Assembly: GCA_031285625.1 (NCBI GenBank)
Contig: JAITVV010000080.1
Span: 32,001 to 96,000 of the forward strand
From: Prevotella sp.
Lineage (GTDB): Bacteria; Bacteroidota; Bacteroidia; Bacteroidales; Dysgonomonadaceae
DNA length: 64,000 nt
Direction: 5' to 3'
This document shows positions 10,366 to 21,100 of this stretch, one piece after another. Within the stretch, counting starts at the first letter, position 1, and every line of letters begins with the position of its first letter. Position numbers and translations under genes: made by a program. Under the pieces are notes generated by a model that did not search any database, was not told the DNA's origin, and saw nothing but the letters and a program-made list of their open reading frames with translations.

Positions 10366-11289
10366 ATGAAAGTACTTATAGCAACAGACAAGCCATTTGC
10401 AGCCGAAGCAGTAAATGGTATAAGAAATGTAATTGAACAAGCAGGTTATGAACTTGTCCTGCTCGAAAAATATACAGAAAAGAAACAGCTGCTAGATGCT
10501 GTGGTAGATGTTGAAGCAGCTATAATTCGTAGTGATATTTTTGATAAAGAAGTATTGGATGCCGGTAAGAACCTGAAAATTGTAGTTCGTGCCGGTGCCG
10601 GATTTGATAATATAGACCTTGAAGCTGCTACAGCAAACAATATCTGTGTGATGAATACTCCGGGGCAAAATGCCAATGCAGTAGCAGAACTGGCTCTTGG
10701 AATGGCTGTATTTGCTGTGCGTAACTTTTATAACGGAACATCCGGTACTGAACTTTTTGGAAAGAAGCTTGGTATCCATGCATATGGTAATGTAGGGCGC
10801 AATGTTGCCCGTATTGCTAAAGGCTTTGGTATGGAAGTATATGCTTTCGATCCATTCCTTACAGCAGAAGCTATAGAAAAAGAAGGAGTAAAAGCAGTAA
10901 ACTCAGCAGAGGAATTATACACAACTTGTCAGGTTGTTTCTTTACATATTCCGGCTACAACTGAAACCAAGAACTCTATAAATTATGCCTTGTTGAGCAG
11001 AATGCCTAAAAATGCATTGCTTATCAATACAGCCCGTAAAGAAGTTATTAACGAGGCTGAAATGGTGAAGTTGATGGAAGAACGCAAGGACTTTAAGTAT
11101 GTAACAGATATTATGCCGGGAAATCATTCGGAAATGAATGAAAAATTTGCCGGACGTTATTTCTCTACTCCAAAGAAGACTGGAGCTCAAACAGCAGAAG
11201 CTAATACAAATGCAGGTATTGCCGCTGCAAACCAGATTGTAGACTTTATTAAGAATGGAAACGAGCGTTTCAGAGTGAATAAGAAGTAA
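10366..11289 (+). CDS. serA: D-3-phosphoglycerate dehydrogenase (short form, no ACT domain)
   Basis: RAGAGFDNID, MNTPGQNANAVAE, GNVG, INTAR, GAQT; abuts the serC stop (TAAATG). Confidence 0.9.
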   Translation: MKVLIATDKPFAAEAVNGIRNVIEQAGYELVLLEKYTEKKQLLDAVVDVEAAIIRSDIFDKEVLDAGKNLKIVVRAGAGFDNIDLEAATANNICVMNTPGQNANAVAELALGMAVFAVRNFYNGTSGTELFGKKLGIHAYGNVGRNVARIAKGFGMEVYAFDPFLTAEAIEKEGVKAVNSAEELYTTCQVVSLHIPATTETKNSINYALLSRMPKNALLINTARKEVINEAEMVKLMEERKDFKYVTDIMPGNHSEMNEKFAGRYFSTPKKTGAQTAEANTNAGIAAANQIVDFIKNGNERFRVNKK

Positions 11290-11310
11290 ATGCTTTAGAT
11301 ATGAAAAGAT

Positions 11311-11333
11311 TGGCTATCTCATTGAGGTAGCCA
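11311..11333. terminator. Bidirectional terminator
   Basis: tggctatctc-att-gaggtagcca followed by ttttt, between convergent genes. Confidence 0.7.
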
Positions 11334-11336
11334 TTT

Positions 11337-12761
11337 TTATTTTGTATTCTTCTTATTGCCAAATGGAATACTTATTCCCATCTGAAAATTTAGTGCCCTG
11401 CTTGTTGTTGGTAAAAACTCAGATGATATATGAGGTATTGCATAGTCGCTAGCCAGAAAAAAGTGAATGCCTTTAGCCGGAGTCAGATGCAGAGCTACCC
11501 CAAATGTATCAAAATTACTATGCACAATTGAATAACTGGCACTTGTGGATATCCAGGAAGAAGGCCTGTAGTTTAAAGAAACTACAAATTCCGACAGGTT
11601 GAAATAATTACCAAAACGAATAGAGTATAATACCCCTGCTGATAATTTATCTTTCAATATTTCATATTCAGCACCAACATTCATATTGATACGTAGTTTT
11701 GTTACACGTGTTTTTTTAGTTTCTCCCTTCAGATTGATCGCTTTCTTTATATCATCAAATGCATTCTCAAACACATCACTAAGCGATGATCCGCCACTTT
11801 TGAAATGCTCATAATCACTTGGCTTTATGGTGACTTCTGTTTCGGGTGATTGTAGATCAATACTGTTTTTCTTTGTCCATACAATAAATCCAATGTCATT
11901 GATTGCTGCTGATACTTTTAATCCATCTAGGGCTGATAAAGTATTTTTCATATCGTATACTGCTCCAATGTCCAGCCCTAAACCATACCCCGGAATATTA
12001 AACCAACTACCGAAATCAAATCCATCCAGATTGTCCTTCTCATCGTATCTGGCTTGTACGCCTGATGCCGATCCCCTTAATGTCGCTTTAGACTTTGCAG
12101 TCCAGTAATCAGGCCCGGCATCGATGCTCAGGCTTTTTGCATCAAGATTAAAATCAGCAAGGCCACCTAGTAGTTTTGCACGTGCCCCCACAGTTAGATT
12201 ATTATTTATAGAACGGGAGTGCGATACTCCTAATTCGAGAAATGCATAACCTGTTGCGCTCAGATCCGAGAGGTCATATCTGCTTTGACCTTCCTGATCG
12301 AATCCTTTTTTTAATAGTCCAAAAAATGGTTTTGGTATATTGACATCAGCATGTGCTCTTACATTGAGGTCTAGTGACCAGAATCCATTTTCTTTGTAAA
12401 CTCCCAATGCAAAAAGTTTGTAGCTGGCATCTGTATTGATATAATTATCTGTGGACAAATTAGACAAAAACTGATCTGTACCAATGCTTTGGTGCATAAA
12501 GGTGACACGCTTTCCATCTGTTCCCCGGAAAGTAAGATTGTTGAGATTAAGATTATTTGTTTGAAAATTAGCGGCTATATTAGGGAGAACAGGAATGATC
12601 AGGTATCCTTGTTCCGGTTGTAATGCCGGATTCAGACCACTTCTCATATATGAGGTTTTCATGAAATAGTCAGTCTTAATAACTTGTGCCACCCCGGTAT
12701 TTACACATATGAAACAAATAACTGAAATCAGGATAATACGTATATTATTAACGGATTTCAT
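11337..12761 (-). CDS. Outer-membrane beta-barrel protein (DUF5723-like)
   Basis: Signal peptide, LNPALQP, GLGLDIGAVY, SAAINDIGFIVW, and C-terminal NFQMGISIPF strand. Confidence 0.8.
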   Translation of the reverse strand: MKSVNNIRIILISVICFICVNTGVAQVIKTDYFMKTSYMRSGLNPALQPEQGYLIIPVLPNIAANFQTNNLNLNNLTFRGTDGKRVTFMHQSIGTDQFLSNLSTDNYINTDASYKLFALGVYKENGFWSLDLNVRAHADVNIPKPFFGLLKKGFDQEGQSRYDLSDLSATGYAFLELGVSHSRSINNNLTVGARAKLLGGLADFNLDAKSLSIDAGPDYWTAKSKATLRGSASGVQARYDEKDNLDGFDFGSWFNIPGYGLGLDIGAVYDMKNTLSALDGLKVSAAINDIGFIVWTKKNSIDLQSPETEVTIKPSDYEHFKSGGSSLSDVFENAFDDIKKAINLKGETKKTRVTKLRINMNVGAEYEILKDKLSAGVLYSIRFGNYFNLSEFVVSLNYRPSSWISTSASYSIVHSNFDTFGVALHLTPAKGIHFFLASDYAIPHISSEFLPTTSRALNFQMGISIPFGNKKNTK

Positions 12762-12771
12762 ATCTATTGCT

Positions 12772-13377
12772 TTACAGTTCGTAATGAAACCCTCCAGTTT
12801 TTATGATGGTATCCCTTATATAGATATAGTCGTTTTCTCCGAGCCATACTGTTCCATCTTCTGAACTCAAAACTATTGTTAATAAGAGGTCTTTGGCTCC
12901 TTCCATATATCTCATATATTCAGAATCTACTTTAATGGAAAGTACCTGATCATTTATTGTTGTTAAAGTCTGTTTGGGAATCTTGACGTTAATATTTCTG
13001 GCATTATCATAGTTGATTATATCGAAATATATATCAATATTAACTCCCTTAATTTCCAGATCAATATCTATCTTAGCGGAGATTTCTACAGTATTAGCTC
13101 CTTCAAAAAAGAAATTTTTTACTGCATTTCCTTCAAAAAGTCCTTTTATCGTATCACTTCTGGTTATCGAAAAATCCGGTATTGGAATACCCCAAGGTGT
13201 TTCTCCCTGAGGAAGCCCATGTATATAAATTGTATCGATGCTGCCTAGCGGAACAGGAGGAATGCTTATAACCCCGTTCTTGTCTATATTATCCCAGTTG
13301 TATTCTTTGTCTACACATGCTTGCATAACAAATACGCATACAGCTATATATATAAGATATTTGATATGATACTTCAT
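12772..13377 (-). CDS. Lipoprotein co-transcribed with the DUF5723-like barrel
   Basis: Lipobox VMQAC followed by VDKEYNWDNID; start moved to the ATG at 13377, downstream of a TAACTTTG promoter element. Confidence 0.75.
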   Translation of the reverse strand: MKYHIKYLIYIAVCVFVMQACVDKEYNWDNIDKNGVISIPPVPLGSIDTIYIHGLPQGETPWGIPIPDFSITRSDTIKGLFEGNAVKNFFFEGANTVEISAKIDIDLEIKGVNIDIYFDIINYDNARNINVKIPKQTLTTINDQVLSIKVDSEYMRYMEGAKDLLLTIVLSSEDGTVWLGENDYIYIRDTIIKTGGFHYEL

Positions 13378-13447
13378 TGGGAGCGTTTTGTCGTGAATAC
13401 ATAACAAAGTTAAGATATATAACTTGATTTCCTGATAAAAAAGATAA

Positions 13448-15055
13448 TTAACCGGACATATCGTTCCCCATTTTCATTAATTTAACAGGTTTGAACTGTA
13501 AGAAATAAAGGACAATTCCAATTAATAATATAATTCCAAAGATGAGCATCCACCCGGCAATTGTCTTTATACTTACTGTTACGGCTTGTATCTGTATTTT
13601 TTGATAGAGCAGATTTGTTGCTATCTTCTGTGCATCCTCTATACTCCAGCCCTGGGCTAAAGCTGTGTTTACTGAGGATGAAAACTGACTGGAAGCCAAT
13701 TGATTTTGCATATCTACACCTTGTGAGAGGATAAGGCTGTTTTTTTGCTGAAGACGATATAGCCAGTTGGTAAGGATGGAAGCACCTACGGCAGGAGCAA
13801 GGGCAGAACGCGCTCCAATCAGGAAAAAGGCATTGTAGATTAGCTGCTTTGGTGATAATCCGTATATCCCATAAATAGCGAATGCAACAAAGAGTACCAG
13901 CATTCCTACTCCCCGCAGAAACATTAACAAATAAAGGTCCTCATAAAGTCCGCTTGGCATTATCTGAAAATAGAGAAGTGCTATGGAAAGTGTGAAGCAG
14001 GAAAATCCCAGAAATATAAGCCATGTCATACGTATTTCTTTCATAAACCAGTAATAGCAAATAACCCCACCGACTACAAACCCCGGAATTGTATAGAGAT
14101 ACAATTCATTAACATGTGCACTATCCAGACGCAGAACATTTGTTGTGTATGAAGATACCAGTATGCTGAATGATGTATAAAACATCAGAACAAAGGATAG
14201 TATATAGACTGTCACAGAATTTCTGTTTTTTAAAACACTCAGATCAAGAAATGGTTTGTCTGAGAATTGCCTGCGTATAAAAAGCCATCCTGTAACAGGA
14301 ATTAGAACAGTCGCTATAATGATACTATTTGAGGCAAACCAGTCTTTTGTCTTCCCGTATGTTGCCACATATATAATTGCCATAAAACAGACAGAAATAA
14401 GGAAAAAACTTATCCAGTCTATATCTTTTATGGGAATACGCACCAAGCGCCTGGCAAACGACATACATAGAACAACAGCTATGATTGCTACCAACAGCAT
14501 CAATATCATAAAGTAATACATATATTGCCAATTATATATGTAAGCTAGTTCGGCAGTTATGACTAATGATAATTGACCACAGGTGAGGGTTATAGGATAG
14601 AATTTTGCATAAAACTCATTACGTGTTCCGCTGGGACTTAAAGCAGGCATTAAGATGTTGATTGTCTCAATCATCGAAAAGGCTTTGAAATAGCCGATAA
14701 AGAAACTACAGATTATGATAACTTCTATATAGTTTGTTTCAGCACAAATAAGGCTGAGTAAAACCTGAAAAAGAAGGACTATCAGTATGATCGTTTTAGC
14801 AGTCGCTATTGGTTTTATTTTGGGTATGACCAGATGTGCAACGGCCATACCTGCCGAAGAGGCATAATAGGCCATATTTATATCTTCAGATAAAACCCCC
14901 AGATAACCGGAAATGTCAATATTGCTTCCTGTATAAGCTCCATTAACCAGCAAAATAGGTATAAGTATGAGCAAAGCTACCACAACCTTCAGCCAATTGG
15001 GTACCCAACTTCTAAAAGGACTTATTGTTGTGGTTCGTATAACAGGTATGATCAT
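13448..15055 (-). CDS. MFS efflux permease (EmrB-like)
   Basis: Many hydrophobic helices (DHA2-like length); last gene of a MarR-TolC-HlyD operon. Confidence 0.85.
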   Translation of the reverse strand: MIIPVIRTTTISPFRSWVPNWLKVVVALLILIPILLVNGAYTGSNIDISGYLGVLSEDINMAYYASSAGMAVAHLVIPKIKPIATAKTIILIVLLFQVLLSLICAETNYIEVIIICSFFIGYFKAFSMIETINILMPALSPSGTRNEFYAKFYPITLTCGQLSLVITAELAYIYNWQYMYYFMILMLLVAIIAVVLCMSFARRLVRIPIKDIDWISFFLISVCFMAIIYVATYGKTKDWFASNSIIIATVLIPVTGWLFIRRQFSDKPFLDLSVLKNRNSVTVYILSFVLMFYTSFSILVSSYTTNVLRLDSAHVNELYLYTIPGFVVGGVICYYWFMKEIRMTWLIFLGFSCFTLSIALLYFQIMPSGLYEDLYLLMFLRGVGMLVLFVAFAIYGIYGLSPKQLIYNAFFLIGARSALAPAVGASILTNWLYRLQQKNSLILSQGVDMQNQLASSQFSSSVNTALAQGWSIEDAQKIATNLLYQKIQIQAVTVSIKTIAGWMLIFGIILLIGIVLYFLQFKPVKLMKMGNDMSG

Positions 15056-15062
15056 TTTCTTA

Positions 15063-16157
15063 TTACTTTATAGCTTCGGTAACAACCATCATTCCGGCAC
15101 GTAATTTTTTCATATCTTCATTTGATATGTTTTCGAATTCAATACGTACGGGGATACGTTGTTGGATTTTCACAAAGTTTCCTGCCGAATTATCGGTCGG
15201 TAACATCGAATATTTTGCTCCGGTTGCTTCAGATATAGCAGTAACCCTTCCTTTAAATGTTTTATCATTGATAGCATCAACACGTATTTGTATTTCTTGT
15301 CCGATATAGATATTCTCAATCTGTTTTTCCCTGTAGTTGGCTATTATCCATTTGTTGTCATTTTTTATCAGATTTGTAATAGTTTGCCCTGCCTGAACCA
15401 GTTGTCCTGCTTCGAGTGTCCGCCGCCCTACATAGCCACTATAAGGGGCAATTATAATCGTATATGACAGGTTTAGTTTCGCCATAGCCAAATCAGCCTT
15501 ACGGCGGAGAATAGTTGCTTCTGCATTACCTTGCCTTTTCGACGTTTCGGTGGAAGTTGATTTTAAGGCTTCCTTTTGCTTCATCAGTGCATTGTAGTGT
15601 GCATTTTGTGCATCATAGTCACTTTTTATCTGATCGTATTGCTGTTGGGAAACAGATTCTGCATCCAATAGGTTTTTATATCTTTTCAGGTCTTGTTCCG
15701 ATCTCCATAGACGTGCTTTCGCTTCTTCAATATTAGCGTCAGATACTGCTACATTTGTTGATGTTGTGATTATGCTGGAAGATAAAACAGATGATGTATT
15801 TCTAGCATCCATCAATGCTGCTTCTGCATCCATTTCTTTTATTTTAAATTCCCTGTCATCGATTATAAGTAAGGTATCGCCCTCATTTACCCATTGATGG
15901 TCTGTAAAACGAACTTCTTTGATATAACCCGCAACCCTTGAATTGATTGGAGTTATATATTGCTCTATGGTAGCATCATTGGTTATTTCATATTTATAAT
16001 AACGGATAAAGAAATTAATCCCCCATGCTATACCACCTAATGCAAGAAGGATACTGATCGTATTAAGTATAATATTACGGGTACGCTTTTTCTTAAGCTT
16101 ATGATAGGCTTCCTTTTCTTCTTGTTTATCTTTTAGTGCTGATTTATCTGTATCCAT
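15063..16157 (-). CDS. HlyD/EmrA-family membrane fusion protein
   Basis: N-terminal TM; INSRVAGYI; APYSGYV; ATGAKYSMLPTDNSAGNFVKIQQRIPVRI. Confidence 0.93.
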   Translation of the reverse strand: MDTDKSALKDKQEEKEAYHKLKKKRTRNIILNTISILLALGGIAWGINFFIRYYKYEITNDATIEQYITPINSRVAGYIKEVRFTDHQWVNEGDTLLIIDDREFKIKEMDAEAALMDARNTSSVLSSSIITTSTNVAVSDANIEEAKARLWRSEQDLKRYKNLLDAESVSQQQYDQIKSDYDAQNAHYNALMKQKEALKSTSTETSKRQGNAEATILRRKADLAMAKLNLSYTIIIAPYSGYVGRRTLEAGQLVQAGQTITNLIKNDNKWIIANYREKQIENIYIGQEIQIRVDAINDKTFKGRVTAISEATGAKYSMLPTDNSAGNFVKIQQRIPVRIEFENISNEDMKKLRAGMMVVTEAIK

Positions 16158-16159
16158 AA

Positions 16160-17467
16160 TTATAGATTTCCACTTACTTTTTGTAGTTGATAATACGTAT
16201 ATATTGCATTAGTTTTAGCTGCAGTTAGTTGCAGTTCAGCATTTAGCTGTACAGTATTTGCATCTAACAGGTCGGTTAGTATAGCTAATTGATTAAAGTA
16301 TTTATTCTTTACAATGCGGTAATTTTCATTAGATTGCACCAATGATTCTTCCAGTGATTTTATCCTGTCCTGAGCTTCCTTATGTTTTACATACGCTGAT
16401 TTTACGCTTGTACGTATATTTTGTTTTTGCTGCTCTTGTGCCAATTCCTGTAATTGTATTTGCCGTTTGGCAGCACTTGTGCTATGTTTTTTATCAAAAA
16501 GTGAAGATATATGGTAAGACAAATTCAATGTAATGCCCCACGCGTTTAGGTATAAATCTTGTGCCGGGGAAACATTCGGTATGGGACGTGCCAATGTATT
16601 GCTTGCCTGTAAAGATAGGGTGGGCAAGTAGTCTGCCTTCACCAGTTTCAGGTTGTTTTGAGCCAAAACTATATTTGTTTCTGTTATTTTCAGATCAGGA
16701 TATTGCATATAAGCCTGATAGATGTAATCGTTTTCTGCTTTTATCTCAAGTTGAGAAGATAGGAAGTTGCCATCGGGTTCAAGAATTCTGTTCTCATCCA
16801 TACCTAAGACAATATCCAGTTGCTGTGAAGTGAGTGCAATATCATTTTCAGTTTCTTTATATGATAGTTTATAATTTGTAAGAATAATCTTACTACGTAA
16901 TACATCATTGGTAGTGATCATACCTTGTTCTTTCATCTTTTCAATGTCGCGCAATCGTGTCTCGGCTTCTTCAATATTCTTGGCATATACATCCCGCTCT
17001 TTATATAGATTGAATAAGTCAAGATACTTACCTATTAACCAAAGTTTCAATTCGGATTTATCTTTTTGTAAGGATAGCTGAGCTACTTCTTTCTCAAGAT
17101 TAGCTTTTTCTATGCTGTTTTTAATCCTACCACCCTGATAGATTGGTTGTGTAGCAGTAACCTGATAATTTTGTTTCCAGTCCGGGGTATCGGAATGTTT
17201 CAGGAAGGATAAGTCTTTATCCAGTATGGTGGGGGTACCTACATAGCCAAATAGTCCTGCTACTGAAATATCGGGCAATTGTTTGTTTTTAGCCAGGCTG
17301 ACTTTGTCTTCGGATATCTGTGTTTTTATAACAGACGCCTGAATAGCCACACTGTTTTGTAGTCCACGGTCGAAAAGCTCATTCACAGTTATCCTGTATG
17401 GTGCCTGAGCTACCAATGGCAGTGAAAAGATTAGAAATATATATAATATGTGAGTACTCTTTTTCAC
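16160..17467 (-). CDS. TolC-family outer-membrane efflux protein
   Basis: GTG start directly after the marR stop; signal peptide; QPIYQGG, ADYLPTLSL, TDLLDA motifs. Confidence 0.92.
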   Translation of the reverse strand: MKKSTHILYIFLIFSLPLVAQAPYRITVNELFDRGLQNSVAIQASVIKTQISEDKVSLAKNKQLPDISVAGLFGYVGTPTILDKDLSFLKHSDTPDWKQNYQVTATQPIYQGGRIKNSIEKANLEKEVAQLSLQKDKSELKLWLIGKYLDLFNLYKERDVYAKNIEEAETRLRDIEKMKEQGMITTNDVLRSKIILTNYKLSYKETENDIALTSQQLDIVLGMDENRILEPDGNFLSSQLEIKAENDYIYQAYMQYPDLKITETNIVLAQNNLKLVKADYLPTLSLQASNTLARPIPNVSPAQDLYLNAWGITLNLSYHISSLFDKKHSTSAAKRQIQLQELAQEQQKQNIRTSVKSAYVKHKEAQDRIKSLEESLVQSNENYRIVKNKYFNQLAILTDLLDANTVQLNAELQLTAAKTNAIYTYYQLQKVSGNL

Positions 17468-17893
17468 TTAGTTTTCTTTTATAGTCTGCGTAAATTCTTT
17501 CATATAGCCAATGCACAGTTCGATATGGTTGAGATTCACATTCTTCTCCAGTTCGTTGTATACATCTTCTATTATTTTTTTTATTTCTACATAGAGCTTA
17601 TTACCCTTGTCTGATAATACAACAAGTTTACTTCGCTTATCGTTTACGTCTTCTTCACGTTTTATCAGACCTCTTTTTTCCATATTCTTTATCAAATATG
17701 ACAGACTCGATTTGTCTTTATACGTCAGGTTGGCCAATTCCTGCTGGTTTACTTTTCCAGCTCCATCGAGACACCTCAAAATATGTAACATTTCAAATGT
17801 TACATCTATGCTATGTTCTCGTATTTTTCTATGGATTATCTGACGGTAGTAAGACTGTGTCTGCAATATTGTTTGTACAAAAGTTTGCAACAT
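17468..17893 (-). CDS. MarR-family transcriptional regulator
   Basis: QQELANL...DKSSLSYLIKNMEKRGLI...DKRSKLV winged HTH; start moved to MLQ because a TATCTTTG promoter element lies just upstream (~17913-17920). Confidence 0.9.
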   Translation of the reverse strand: MLQTFVQTILQTQSYYRQIIHRKIREHSIDVTFEMLHILRCLDGAGKVNQQELANLTYKDKSSLSYLIKNMEKRGLIKREEDVNDKRSKLVVLSDKGNKLYVEIKKIIEDVYNELEKNVNLNHIELCIGYMKEFTQTIKEN

Positions 17894-18055
17894 GTCTTTA
17901 TTATTTTGTGTGCAAAGATACAACAAAAACAATGATAGTTGAATGTTCAACTAAATATTTTTTGATATATCAAAAAATATTATTGATAATAGATAGAAGA
18001 GATTTCTTCGCCTGAAATTATCTTATATAATAGGCTTGTTATATAATACGGAAAG

Positions 18056-18106
18056 ATAAAGTGACAATCAGAAAGTATCGAAAAGCTGTTACTTTTGTCA
18101 CTTTTT
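18056..18106 (+). repeat. Dispersed GT(T/C)AC element, copy A (short)
   Basis: ataaagtgacaatcagaaagtatcgaaaagctgttacttttgtcacttttt aligns with copies near 46754, 47077 and (reverse) 55703. Confidence 0.75.
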
Positions 18107-18108
18107 AG

Positions 18109-21100
18109 TTAACAATGAGGCATTCTTTCCAATATTCTTCTATATATGCTATTCTGATTTAGGATATAATCGTTTCCGATAAGGAATAGTTGTTCACGGG
18201 CACGGGTCAGGGCTACATTTAACTTCCGGTCAACAGTCCCTTCACGGTTCATATTGCAAAAGTTAGTCAACTGATAAGGTCTGTTGAAACAGAATGATAG
18301 CATGATAACATCGCGTTGACTTCCCTGATAACGCTCAACAGTATCTACCATAATATTTCTAAATTCTGCAATACCAGTCTCTTCTAATTTCTGTTTTATT
18401 AATGCTATCTGATTTCTGTATGGAGTGATAATTCCTAGTGTTTTTTGTGAATCAAATTGTAGGCTGTTTGCTTTATATAAATTGAATAATGCTATAGATA
18501 ATAACACTACCACATCAGCTTCGGTGCTGTTCGTTTTATCACTTATATTGGTGTTGTCAGATTGTCTTACGGGTATGAATCCCGTTCTTTTGGTGGCAAT
18601 CAGGGATTGAAATCTATCTGATTCGTCAAATACCAGATATTGCAGATTGATTTCCTGCCTTTCAGTAGCGGTTTTTAACAGGCTGTCGTAAAAGTTTGTA
18701 TTTACAAGGTCTGCAATTTCTCGATGCATGCGTCCATGATATGTAAGTGTATCAAAGGCATGTGTCCACCCATTATCTTTACAAATGCGAAACAGACGTT
18801 CAAACAGTGATTCCCTGCAATCGTATAACTTTATGTCATTTAATAATTCTTCGTTTACTTTCGACTTATTCTCATTTTGCAATGTGATTGTTGACAGCTG
18901 TTTATGATCTCCTATCATAATAAATTTATCAAAGCAGGTAAGAAGTCCTGCTATCTGTGGCTCCAGAATTTGAGATGCTTCATCGATAATTGCTACATTA
19001 AAATGTTTCAGATCAAGTAATTCCGGTTTCCCTATTATAGATGCCAGGGTACCTACAAAGATGCGGCTGCTATCTATCGTCTGCAATAGTTCTTTCCGGT
19101 TGTTAGCCTGATGTGAGATGTTTTGCAATAACCTGTGTCGATATGGTTCTCCACAAGATAGTTCTGAACCTATTCGGATATATTTATTACAGTTAGCATT
19201 GTCTTTATCAAAAGCCTGGCAGATAGAGGCACATAATTCATCCACAGCACGATTGGTATATGCCATTACCAGAATGTTTGTATCTGGGTCTGCATGTAAT
19301 TTTTCTATAAGCTGCTTGGCAAATATCGAAGTCTTTCCTGTACCGGGAGGGCCAACTATCAGAAAATAGTCTTTGGCAGCTAATGCTTTATCTATAACTG
19401 TTTTCTGCTTTTCCTCCTTTGTTAATTCCTGGATATCTAGTGATTGGGTATATGTTGTATCTGGTTTGTTAAGCCCTAGTAACAGATTTTTCTTATCCTT
19501 GGGTGCTGCTAAAAAAGAAAACAGACTCTTGTACATGGCATTGTAACTATGGTCGAGTTTGTCATGCTCAACAGCCCAATATTTATATCTGGAAAAGAAA
19601 CTGTGATTTCGTTGCTTGTATCTGAAACGTAAAATGACTTTGTCAGCAGAAACTTCTACTACGGTGCCTTTCAATATTTGATTGGTAAGCACAGTATGAC
19701 TTTCATTTTGTCTTGGGTAGAGTATACATATCTCTCCTTCACGGAAGTTCGCACAGTCCTCAATATTTTCTCTTCTGAACCGGATGATCATATCTCTACC
19801 GTTGTCGTCGATATCCTCAATTTCCAAGTCGGAGATCAGGTCAAGTGCATCTTTACGTTCAGCAAAAGTAGTATTCCACAGGGCGGATATACTCATGGAT
19901 GAATCAAAATGTTCATCCCCCATTTTTTGTAAATAAAGTTCCCTGGTTATGAAATTAATATAGCGATAGAAATATGTTTTTTCTAGAGGTGTTGCCTCTA
20001 TCAGTACTTTCTTTAATTCTGATAGTTTGTCTGTGAAAAAGTCAGGTACACGACCGTAATTATCCAAATCAAACAGTTCATTGAATGTATCTTCTACTGT
20101 TTGAGTATTTCCCAGATATAAATCATGCTCTGTAGCTACAATCATATTTCTGAGATTAATTATATCTTTTTCCAGTTGATAGAATCTGGCTGCAAAACGG
20201 ATATTTTCACCCGCATTGTCAGCACTTGAATATAAAATTGTCGGATAAATATGTCGTGCATCCTTATTGAACACACTTTGTATCATCAGACGGTAAATGG
20301 CTGTCTGCGTTTCATGATTTGGAGCTATTTTGGTAACATCTTCGCGAGGGTAGGGAGGTTTCCCCGATTTCAATTCAATGATACGTTCTGTTCCTGTCGT
20401 CTCATTTGATAATTGAAGCAGATCGAGTCTTCCCTGAAATCCATATTTTTCACAAAAGAATGAAGGCTCTAACATACAGGAAGATATGTCGAATCCATTT
20501 GCAGGCATGTCGTGCAACACTACCCGCTTAATATTATTGAAGTGTCTTTCTGCTCGCGACATGAAATCCTTGAAATCATGTATAGCACGAATGTCCTTAC
20601 ATGAGGCGTACTCAAACGGCATTTGTTGGAAAGACTTCTTAAAGGTCTCCTCAAAAGTCAGATCCTCTGCATCTTCGGCGTAGATGAGTTCATCTAAAAA
20701 GAAGTTAGCCAGATTTCCTAACAGTATATAATGAGAATTTACATTAGGCTCAAACTTTCTCCGGAAGTAGTGCAGATACGAACTTCCATATGATTGAAAA
20801 CATTCAGCCATAGCAGAAGCATCTATCAGGTAGTCCGGTTCTAGAACGAATATTTTTGATATATAATATCCGGCCTCATCTTTCTTTACATCAATCAGAT
20901 TCAATTGTGCACCAATCCAAAGGCGATCGATGGTAGGGGTAAAGATATCATTCATTAATAAGACATTGTATCTTATAGTTAATATCTTATCAGGAAGGAG
21001 ATCTGATTGACAAATAATTATTTCGTTTTCTTTGTCAATATTTATTACCTGTACCCTTATTTTGTCTAATCGAAGATCTTCGTTTTCAGAAGTTGTTCTC

